Below, in pieces: positions 52,495-64,000 of a stretch of DNA of 64,000 nt (positions are counted from its first letter, which is position 1; each line of letters opens with the position of its first letter). The stretch covers positions 464,659 through 528,658 of the forward strand of contig CM082593.2 of assembly GCA_040954595.2 (NCBI GenBank), in the 5' to 3' direction. This DNA comes from Balanoglossus misakiensis. Taxonomy: Eukaryota; Animalia; Hemichordata. The notes beneath the pieces were generated by a model. That model ran no database searches. It saw only the letters and a list, made by a program, of their open reading frames with translations, and was not told the DNA's origin. Both the position numbers and the translations under genes were made by a program.

Positions 52495-55400
52495 CCATGG
52501 TTTTTATCGAAAAATGACCAAATTTTGAAATTTCGCGTAGTCGAAAAATTGACATTTCTGGATGATTTTCATGAGCTATAACCCATGGTTTTTGTCGAAA
52601 AACCACCAAATTTTGAAATTTCGCGAAGTCGAAAAATTGACATTTCTGGATGATTTTCATGAGCTATAACCCATGGTTTTTGTCGAAAAACCACCAAATT
52701 TTGAAATTTCGCGAAGTCGAAAAATTGACATTTCTGGATGATTTTCATGAGCTATAACCCATGGTTTTTGTCGAAAAAGCACCAAATTTTGAAATTTCGC
52801 GAAGTCGAAAAATTGACATTTCTGGATGATTTTCATGAGCTATAACCCATGGTTTTTGTCGAAAAACCACCAAATTTTGAAATTTCGCGAAGTCGAAAAA
52901 TTGACATTTCTGGATGATTTTCATGAGCTATAACCCATGGTTTTTGTCGAAAAACCACCAAATTTTGAAATTTCGCGAAGTCGAAAAATTGACATTTCTG
53001 GATGATTTTCATGAGCTATAACCCATGGTTTTTGTCGAAAAACCACCAAATTTTGAAATTTCGCGAAGTCGAAAAATTGACATTTCTGGATGATTTTCAT
53101 GAGCTATAACCCATGGTTTTTGTCGAAAAACCACCAAATTTTGAAATTTCGCGAAGTCGAAAAATTGACATTTCTGGATGATTTTCATGAGCTATAACCC
53201 ATGGTTTTTGTCGAAAAACCACCAAATTTTGAAATTTCGCGAAGTCGAAAAATTGACATTTCTGGATGATTTTCATGAGCTATAACCCATGGTTTTTGTC
53301 GAAAAACCACCAAATTTTGAAATTTCGCGAAGTCGAAAAATTGACATTTCTGGATGATTTTCATGAGCTATAACCCATGGTTTTTGTCGAAAAACCACCA
53401 AATTTTGAAATTTCGCGAAGTCGAAAAATTGACATTTCTGGATGATTTTCATGAGCTATAACCCATGGTTTTTGTCGAAAAACCACCAAATTTTGAAATT
53501 TCGCGAAGTCGAAAAATTGACATTTCTGGATGATTTTCATGAGCTATAACCCATGGTTTTTGTCGAAAAAGCACCAAATTTTGAAATTTCGCGAAGTCGA
53601 AAAATTGACATTTCTGGATGATTTTCATGAGCTATAACCCATGGTTTTTGTCGAAAAACCACCAAATTTTGAAATTTCGCGAAGTCGAAAAATTGACATT
53701 TCTGGATGATTTTCATGAGCTATAACCCATGGTTTTTGTCGAAAAACCACCAAATTTTGAAATTTCGCGAAGTCGAAAAATTGACATTTCTGGATGATTT
53801 TCATGAGCTATAACCCATGGTTTTTGTCGAAAAACCACCAAATTTTGAAATTTCGCGAAGTCGAAAAATTGACATTTCTGGATGATTTTCATGAGCTATA
53901 ACCCATGGTTTTTGTCGAAAAACCACCAAATTTTGAAATTTCGCGAAGTAGAAAAATTGACATTTCTGGATGATTTTCATGAGCTATAACCCATGGTTTT
54001 TGTCGAAAAACCACCAAATTTTGAAATTTCGCGAAGTCGAAAAATTGACATTTCTGGATGATTTTCATGAGCTATAACCCATGGTTTTTGTCGAAAAACC
54101 ACCAAATTTTGAAATTTCGCGAAGTCGAAAAATTGACATTTCTGGATGATTTTCATGAGCTATAACCCATGGTTTTTGTCGAAAAACCACCAAATTTTGA
54201 AATTTCGCGAAGTCGAAAAATTGACATTTCTGGATGATTTTCATGAGCTATAACCCATGGTTTTTGTCGAAAAACCACCAAATTTTGAAATTTCGCGAAG
54301 TCGAAAAATTGACATTTCTGGATGATTTTCATGAGCTATAACCCATGGTTTTTGTCGAAAACCCACCAAATTTTGAAATTTCGCGAAGTCGAAAAATTGA
54401 CATTTCTGGATGATTTTCATGAGCTATAACCCATGGTTTTTGTCGAAAAACCACCAAATTTTGAAATTTCGCGAAGTCGAAAAATTGACATTTCTGGATG
54501 ATTTTCATGAGCTATAACCCATGGTTTTTGTCGAAAAAGCACCAAATTTTGAAATTTCGCGAAGTCGAAAAATTGACATTTCTGGATGATTTTCATGAGC
54601 TATAACCCATGGTTTTTGTCGAAAAACCACCAAATTTTGAAATTTCGCGAAGTCGAAAAATTGACATTTCTGGATGATTTTCATGAGCTATAACCCATGG
54701 TTTTTGTCGAAAAACCACCAAATTTTGAAATTTCGCGAAGTCGAAAAATTGACATTTCTGGATGATTTTCATGAGCTATAACCCATGGTTTTTGTCGAAA
54801 AACCACCAAATTTTGAAATTTCGCGAAGTCGAAAAATTGACATTTCTGGATGATTTTCATGAGCTATAACCCATGGTTTTTGTCGAAAAACCACCAAATT
54901 TTGAAATTTCGCGAAGTCGAAAAATTGACATTTCTGGATGATTTTCATGAGCTATAACCCATGGTTTTTGTCGAAAAATCACCAAATTTTCAAATTTCGC
55001 GAAGTCGAAAAATTGACATTTCTGGATGATTTTCATGAGCTATAACCCATGGTTTTTGTCGAAAAATCACCAAATTTTCAAATTTCGCGAAGTCGAAAAA
55101 TTGACATTTCTGGATGATTTTCATGAGCTATAACCCATGGTTTTTGTCGAAAAACCACCAAATTTTGAAATTTCGCGAAGTCGAAAAATTGACATTTCTG
55201 GATGATTTTCATGAGCTATAACCCATGGTTTTTGTCGAAAAACCACCAAATTTTGAAATTTCGCGAAGTCGAAAAATTGACATTTCTGGATGATTTTCAT
55301 GAGCTATAACCCATGGTTTTTGTCGAAAAACCACCAAATTTTGAAATTTCGCGAAGTCGAAAAATTGACATTTCTGGATGATTTTCATGAGCTATAACCC

Positions 55401-58400
55401 ATGGTTTTTGTCGAAAAACCACCAAATTTTGAAATTTCGCGAAGTCGAAAAATTGACATTTCTGGATGATTTTCATGAGCTATAACCCATGGTTTTTGTC
55501 GAAAAACCACCAAATTTTGAAATTTCGCGAAGTCGAAAAATTGACATTTCTGGATGATTTTCATGAGCTATAACCCATGGTTTTTGTCGAAAAAGCACCA
55601 AATTTTGAAATTTCGCGAAGTCGAAAAATTGACATTTCTGGATGATTTTCATGAGCTATAACCCATGGTTTTTGTCGAAAAACCACCAAATTTTGAAATT
55701 TCGCGAAGTCGAAAAATTGACATTTCTGGATGATTTTCATGAGCTATAACCCATGGTTTTTGTCGAAAAACCACCAAATTTTGAAATTTCGCGAAGTCGA
55801 AAAATTGACATTTCTGGATGATTTTCATGAGCTATAACCCATGGTTTTTGTCGAAAAACCACCAAATTTTGAAATTTCGCGAAGTCGAAAAATTGACATT
55901 TCTGGATGATTTTCATGAGCTATAACCCATGGTTTTTGTCGAAAAACCACCAAATTTTGAAATTTCGCGAAGTCGAAAAATTGACATTTCTGGATGATTT
56001 TCATGAGCTATAACCCATGGTTTTTGTCGAAAAACCACCAAATTTTGAAATTTCGCGAAGTCGAAAAATTGACATTTCTGGATGATTTTCATGAGCTATA
56101 ACCAATGGTTTTTGTCGAAAAACCACCAAATTTTGAAATTTCGCGAAGTCGAAAAATTGACATTTCTGGATGATTTTCATGAGCTATAACCCATGGTTTT
56201 TGTCGAAAAACCACCAAATTTTGAAATTTCGCGAAGTCGAAAAATTGACATTTCTGGATGATTTTCATGAGCTATAACCCATGGTTTTTGTCGAAAAACC
56301 ACCAAATTTTGAAATTTCGCGAAGTCGAAAAATTGACATTTCTGGATGATTTTCATGAGCTATAACCCATGGTTTTTGTCGAAAAACCACCAAATTTTGA
56401 AATTTCGCGAAGTCGAAAAATTGACATTTCTGGATGATTTTCATGAGCTATAACCCATGGTTTTTGTCGAAAAACCACCAAATTTTGAAATTTCGCGAAG
56501 TCGAAAAATTGACATTTCTGGATGATTTTCATGAGCTATAACCCATGGTTTTTGTCGAAAAACCACCAAATTTTGAAATTTCGCGAAGTCGAAAAATTGA
56601 CATTTCTGGATGATTTTCATGAGCTATAACCCATGGTTTTTGTCGAAAAACCACCAAATTTTGAAATTTCGCGAAGTCGAAAAATTGACATTTCTGGATG
56701 ATTTTCATGAGCTATAACCCATGGTTTTTGTCGAAAAACCACCAAATTTTGAAATTTCGCGAAGTCGAAAAATTGACATTTCTGGATGATTTTCATGAGC
56801 TATAACCCATGGTTTTTGTCGAAAAATCACCAAATTTTGAAATTTCGCGAAGTCGAAAAATTGACATTTCTGGATGATTTTCATGAGCTATAACCCATGG
56901 TTTTTGTCGAAAAAGCACCAAATTTTGAAATTTCGCGAAGTCGAAAAATTGACATTTCTGGATGATTTTCATGAGCTATAACCCATGGTTTTTGTCGAAA
57001 AACCACCAAATTTTGAAATTTCGCGAAGTCGAAAAATTGACATTTCTGGATGATTTTCATGAGCTATAACCCATGGTTTTTGTCGAAAAAGCACCAAATT
57101 TTGAAATTTCGCGAAGTCGAAAAATTGACATTTCTGGATGATTTTCATGAGCTATAACCCATGGTTTTTGTCGAAAAACCACCAAATTTTGAAATTTCGC
57201 GAAGTCGAAAAATTGACATTTCTGGATGATTTTCATGAGCTATAACCCATGGTTTTTGTCGAAAAACCACCAAATTTTGAAATTTCGCGAAGTCGAAAAA
57301 TTGACATTTCTGGATGATTTTCATGAGCTATAACCCATGGTTTTTGTCAAAAAACCACCAAATTTTGAAATTTCGCGAAGTCGAAAAATTGACATTTCTG
57401 GATGATTTTCATGAGCTATAACCCATGGTTTTTGTCGAAAAACCACCAAATTTTGAAATTTCGCGAAGTCGAAAAATTGACATTTCTGGATGATTTTCAT
57501 GAGCTATAACCCATGGTTTTTGTCGAAAAACCACCAAATTTTGAAATTTCGCGAAGTCGAAAAATTGACATTTCTGGATGATTTTCATGAGCTATAACCC
57601 ATGGTTTTTGTCGAAAAACCACCAAATTTTGAAATTTCGCGAAGTCGAAAAATTGACATTTCTGGATGATTTTCATGAGCTATAACCCATGGTTTTTGTC
57701 GAAAAAGTACCAAATTTTGAAATTTCGCGAAGTCGAAAAATTGACATTTCTGGATGATTTTCATGAGCTATAACCCATGGTTTTTGTCGAAAAACCACCA
57801 AATTTTGAAATTTCGCGAAGTCGAAAAATTGACATTTCTGGATGATTTTCATGAGCTATAACCCATGGTTTTTGTCGAAAAACCACCAAATTTTGAAATT
57901 TAGCGAAGTCGAAAAATTGACATTTCTGGATGATTTTCATGAGCTATAACCCATGGTTTTTGTCGAAAAAGCACCAAATTTTGAAATTTCGCGAAGTCGA
58001 AAAATTGACATTTCTGGATGATTTTCATGAGCTATAACCCATGGTTTTTGTCGAAAAACCACCAAATTTTGAAATTTCGCGAAGTCGAAAAATTGACATT
58101 TCTGGATGATTTTCATGAGCTATAACCCATGGTTTTTGTCGAAAAACCACCAAATTTTGAAATTTCGCGAAGTCGAAAAATTGACATTTCTGGATGATTT
58201 TCATGAGCTATAACCCATGGTTTTTGTCGAAAAACCACCAAATTTTGAAATTTCGCGAAGTCGAAAAATTGACATTTCTGGATGATTTTCATGAGCTATA
58301 ACCCATGGTTTTTGTCGAAAAACCACCAAATTTTGAAATTTCGCGAAGTCGAAAAATTGACATTTCTGGATGATTTTCATGAGCTATAACCCATGGTTTT

Positions 58401-61400
58401 TGTCGAAAAACCACCAAATTTTGAAATTTCGCGAAGTCGAAAAATTGACATTTCTGGATGATTTTCATGAGCTATAACCCATGGTTTTTGTCGAAAAAGC
58501 ACCAAATTTTGAAATTTCGCGAAGTCGAAAAATTGACATTTCTGGATGATTTTCATGAGCTATAACCCATGGTTTTTGTCGAAAAACCACCAAATTTTGA
58601 AATTTCGCGAAGTCGAAAAATTGACATTTCTGGATGATTTTCATGAGCTATAACCCATGGTTTTTGTCGAAAAACCACCAAATTTTGAAATTTCGCGAAG
58701 TCGAAAAATTGACATTTCTGGATGATTTTCATGAGCTATAACCCATGGTTTTTGTCGAAAAAGCACCAAATTTTGAAATTTCGCGAAGTCGAAAAATTGA
58801 CATTTCTGGATGATTTTCATGAGCTATAACCCATGGTTTTTGTCGAAAAACCACCAAATTTTGAAATTTCGCGAAGTCGAAAAATTGACATTTCTGGATG
58901 ATTTTCATGAGCTATAACCCATGGTTTTTGTCGAAAAAGCACCAAATTTTGAAATTTCGCGAAGTCGAAAAATTGACATTTCTGGATGATTTTCATGAGC
59001 TATAACCCATGGTTTTTGTCGAAAAAGCACCAAATTTTGAAATTTCGCGAAGTCGAAAAATTGACATTTCTGGATGATTTTCATGAGCTATAACCCATGG
59101 TTTTTGTCGAAAAACCACCAAATTTTGAAATTTCGCGAAGTCGAAAAATTGACATTTCTGGATGATTTTCATGAGCTATAACCCATGGTTTTTGTCGAAA
59201 AACCACCAAATTTTGAAATTTCGCGAAGTCGAAAAATTGACATTTCTGGATGATTTTCATGAGCTATAACCCATGGTTTTTGTCGAAAAACCACCAAATT
59301 TTGAAATTTCGCGAAGTCGAAAAATTGACATTTCTGGATGATTTTCATGAGCTATAACCCATGGTTTTTGTCGAAAAACCACCAAATTTTGAAATTTCGC
59401 GAAGTCGAAAAATTGACATTTCTGGATGATTTTCATGAGCTATAACCCATGGTTTTTGTCGAAAAAGTACCAAATTTTGAAATTTCGCGAAGTCGAAAAA
59501 TTGACATTTCTGGATGATTTTCATGAGCTATAACCCATGGTTTTTGTCGAAAAACCACCAAATTTTGAAATTTCGCGAAGTCGAAAAATTGACATTTCTG
59601 GATGATTTTCATGAGCTATAACCCATGGTTTTTGTCGAAAAACCACCAAATTTTGAAATTTAGCGAAGTCGAAAAATTGACATTTCTGGATGATTTTCAT
59701 GAGCTATAACCCATGGTTTTTGTCGAAAAAGCACCAAATTTTGAAATTTCGCGAAGTCGAAAAATTGACATTTCTGGATGATTTTCATGAGCTATAACCC
59801 ATGGTTTTTGTCGAAAAACCACCAAATTTTGAAATTTCGCGAAGTCGAAAAATTGACATTTCTGGATGATTTTCATGAGCTATAACCCATGGTTTTTGTC
59901 GAAAAACCACCAAATTTTGAAATTTCGCGAAGTCGAAAAATTGACATTTCTGGATGATTTTCATGAGCTATAACCCATGGTTTTTGTCGAAAAACCACCA
60001 AATTTTGAAATTTCGCGAAGTCGAAAAATTGACATTTCTGGATGATTTTCATGAGCTATAACCCATGGTTTTTGTCGAAAAACCACCAAATTTTGAAATT
60101 TCGCGAAGTCGAAAAATTGACATTTCTGGATGATTTTCATGAGCTATAACCCATGGTTTTTGTCGAAAAACCACCAAATTTTGAAATTTCGCGAAGTCGA
60201 AAAATTGACATTTCTGGATGATTTTCATGAGCTATAACCCATGGTTTTTGTCGAAAAAGCACCAAATTTTGAAATTTCGCGAAGTCGAAAAATTGACATT
60301 TCTGGATGATTTTCATGAGCTATAACCCATGGTTTTTGTCGAAAAAGCACCAAATTTTGAAATTTCGCGAAGTCGAAAAATTGACATTTCTGGATGATTT
60401 TCATGAGCTATAACCCATGGTTTTTGTCGAAAAAGCACCAAATTTTGAAATTTCGCGAAGTCGAAAAATTGACATTTCTGGATGATTTTCATGAGCTATA
60501 ACCCATGGTTTTTGTCGAAAAACCACCAAATTTTGAAATTTCGCGAAGTCGAAAAATTGACATTTCTGGATGATTTTCATGAGCTATAACCCATGGTTTT
60601 TGTCGAAAAACCACCAAATTTTGAAATTTCGCGAAGTCGAAAAATTGACATTTCTGGATGATTTTCATGAGCTATAACCCATGGTTTTTGTCGAAAAACC
60701 ACCAAATTTTGAAATTTCGCGAAGTCGAAAAATTGACATTTCTGGATGATTTTCATGAGCTATAACCCATGGTTTTTGTCGAAAAACCACCAAATTTTGA
60801 AATTTCGCGAAGTCGAAAAATTGACATTTCTGGATGATTTTCATGAGCTATAACCCATGGTTTTTGTCGAAAAACCACCAAATTTTGAAATTTCGCGAAG
60901 TCGAAAAATTGACATTTCTGGATGATTTTCATGAGCTATAACCCATGGTTTTTGTCGAAAAAGCACCAAATTTTGAAATTTCGCGAAGTCGAAAAATTGA
61001 CATTTCTGGATGATTTTCATGAGCTATAACCCATGGTTTTTGTCGAAAAACCACCAAATTTTGAAATTTCGCGAAGTCGAAAAATTGACATTTCTGGATG
61101 ATTTTCATGAGCTATAACCCATGGTTTTTGTCGAAAAACCACCAAATTTTGAAATTTCGCGAAGTCGAAAAATTGACATTTCTGGATGATTTTCATGAGC
61201 TATAACCCATGGTTTTTGTCGAAAAACCACCAAATTTTGAAATTTCGCGAAGTCGAAAAATTGACATTTCTGGATGATTTTCATGAGCTATAACCCATGG
61301 TTTTTGTCGAAAAACCACCAAATTTTGAAATTTCGCGAAGTCGAAAAATTGACATTTCTGGATGATTTTCATGAGCTATAACCCATGGTTTTTGTCGAAA

Positions 61401-64000
61401 AAGCACCAAATTTTGAAATTTCGCGAAGTCGAAAAATTGACATTTCTGGATGATTTTCATGAGCTATAACCCATGGTTTTTGTCGAAAAACCACCAAATT
61501 TTGAAATTTCGCGAAGTCGAAAAATTGACATTTCTGGATGATTTTCATGAGCTATAACCCATGGTTTTTGTCGAAAAACCACCAAATTTTGAAATTTCGC
61601 GAAGTCGAAAAATTGACATTTCTGGATGATTTTCATGAGCTATAACCCATGGTTTTTGTCGAAAAACCACCAAATTTTGAAATTTCGCGAAGTCGAAAAA
61701 TTGACATTTCTGGATGATTTTCATGAGCTATAACCCATGGTTTTTGTCGAAAAACCACCAAATTTTGAAATTTCGCGAAGTCGAAAAATTGACATTTCTG
61801 GATGATTTTCATGAGCTTTAACCCATGGTTTTTGTCGAAAAACCACCAAATTTTGAAATTTCGCGAAGTCGAAAAATTGACATTTCTGGATGATTTTCAT
61901 GAGCTATAACCCATGGTTTTTGTCGAAAAAGCACCAAATTTTGAAATTTCGCGAAGTCGAAAAATTGACATTTCTGGATGATTTTCATGAGCTATAACCC
62001 ATGGTTTTTGTCGAAAAACCACCAAATTTTGAAATTTCGCGAAGTCGAAAAATTGACATTTCTGGATGATTTTCATGAGCTATAACCCATGGTTTTTGTC
62101 GAAAAACCACCAAATTTTGAAATTTCGCGAAGTCGAAAAATTGACATTTCTGGATGATTTTCATGAGCTATAACCCATGGTTTTTGTCGAAAAACCCACC
62201 AAATTTTGAAATTTCGCGAAGTCGAAAAATTGACATTTCTGGATGATTTTCATGAGCTATAACCCATGGTTTTTGTCGAAAAACACCAAATTTTGAAATT
62301 TCGCGAAGTCGAAAAATTGACATTTCTGGATGATTTTCATGAGCTATAACCCATGGTTTTTGTCGAAAAAGCACCAAATTTTGAAATTTCGCGAAGTCGA
62401 AAAATTGACATTTCTGGATGATTTTCATGAGCTATAACCCATGGTTTTTGTCGAAAAACCACCAAATTTTGAAATTTCGCGAAGTCGAAAAATTGACATT
62501 TCTGGATGATTTTCATGAGCTATAACCCATGGTTTTTGTCGAAAAATCACCAAATTTTGAAATTTCGCGAAGTCGAAAAATTGACATTTCTGGATGATTT
62601 TCATGAGCTATAACCCATGGTTTTTGTCGAAAAATCACCAAATTTTGAAATTTCGCGAAGTCGAAAAATTGACATTTCTGGATGATTTTCATGAGCTATA
62701 ACCCATGGTTTTTGTCGAAAAACCACCAAATTTTGAAATTTCGCGAAGTCGAAAAATTGACATTTCTGGATGATTTTCATGAGCTATAACCCATGGTTTT
62801 TGTCGAAAAACCACCAAATTTTGAAATTTCGCGAAGTCGAAAAATTGACATTTCTGGATGATTTTCATGAGCTATAACCCATGGTTTTTTTCGAAAAACA
62901 CCAAATTTTGAAATTTCGCGAAGTCGAAAAATTGACATTTCTGGATGATTTTCATGAGCTATAACCCATGGTTTTTGTCGAAAAATCACCAAATTTTGAA
63001 ATTTCGCGAAGTCGAAAAATTGACATTTCTGGATGATTTTCATGAGCTATAACCCATGGTTTTTGTCGAAAAATCACCAAATCTTGAAATTTCGCGAAGT
63101 CGAAAAATTGACATTTCTGGATGATTTTCATGAGCTATAACCCATGGTTTTTGTCGAAAAATCACCAAATTTTGAAATTTCGCGAAGTCGAAAAATTGAC
63201 ATTTCTGGATGATTTTCATGAGCTATAACCCATGGTTTTTGTCGAAAAATCACCAAATTTTCAAATTTCGCGAAGTCGAAAAATTGACATTTCTGGATGA
63301 TTTTCATGAGCTATAACCCATGGTTTTTGTCGAAAAATCACCAAATTTTCAAATTTCGCGCAGTCGAAAAATTGACATTTCTGGATGATTTTCATGAGCT
63401 ATAACCCATGGTTTTTGTCGAAAAACCACCAAATTTTGAAATTTCGCGAAGTCGAAAAATTGACATTTCTGGATGATTTTCATGAGCTATAACCCATGGT
63501 TTTTGTCGAAAAACCACCAAATTTTGAAATTTCGCGAAGTCGAAAAATTGACATTTCTGGATGATTTTCATGAGCTATAACCCATGGTTTTTGTCGAAAA
63601 ATCACCAAATTTTGAAATTACGCGAAGTCGAAAAATTGACATTTCTGGATGATTTTCATGAGCTATAACCCATGGTTTTTGTCGAAAAATCACCAAATTT
63701 TGAAATTTCGCGAAGTCGAAAAATTGACATTTCTGGATGATTTTCATGAGCTATAACCCATGGTTTTTGTCGAAAAATCACCAAATTTTGAAATTACGCG
63801 AAGTCGAAAATTGACATTTCTGGATGATTTTCATGAGCTATAACCCATGGTTTTTGTCGAAAAATCACCAAGTTTTCAAATTTCGCGAAGTCGAAAAATT
63901 GACATTTCTGGATGATTTTCATGAGCTATAACCCATGGGTTTTGTCGAAAAACCACCAAATTTTGAAATTTCGCGAAGTCGAAAATTGACATTTCTGGAT
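52495..64000. repeat. 88-bp tandem satellite array, ~130 copies, running off the window end
   Basis: Monomer GATGATTTTCATGAGCTATAACCCATGGTTTTTGTCGAAAAACCACCAAATTTTGAAATTTCGCGAAGTCGAAAAATTGACATTTCTG. Most copies are identical or differ at one site, and there are no spacers. Confidence 0.99.

Noticed and set aside
52478-63043. ORFs MKIIQKCQFFDFAKFQNL... in the satellite
   Set aside because: Translation artefacts of an 88-bp (non-triplet) tandem repeat, lengthened by chance indels.
52495-64000. CRISPR array
   Set aside because: No unique spacers; pure tandem repeat in a eukaryotic context.

Overview
AT-rich, intron-containing genomic DNA from an animal, probably an invertebrate deuterostome (inferred from protein similarity and gene architecture, not provable here). 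Left to right: ~24 kb of mostly non-coding DNA holding one credible orphan single-exon ORF (9954-10373, 139 aa) and several RFX X-box-like palindromes; a 3-exon BMP3/GDF10-family TGF-beta ligand gene (minus strand, 456 aa); a compact 5-exon CFAP299 (C4orf22) gene (minus, 234 aa) upstream of it in the same orientation, matching the vertebrate CFAP299-BMP3 linkage; and a 13-exon, 575-aa uncharacterised coiled-coil gene (plus) head-to-head with CFAP299. Intron 7 of that gene contains three apparently nested non-autonomous Helentron-like (HINE) elements. From ~52.5 kb to the window end lies a very homogeneous 88-bp satellite (~130 copies), preceded by two diverged monomers. Exon models were built by hand from GT-AG sites and phase continuity. 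No searches were run.
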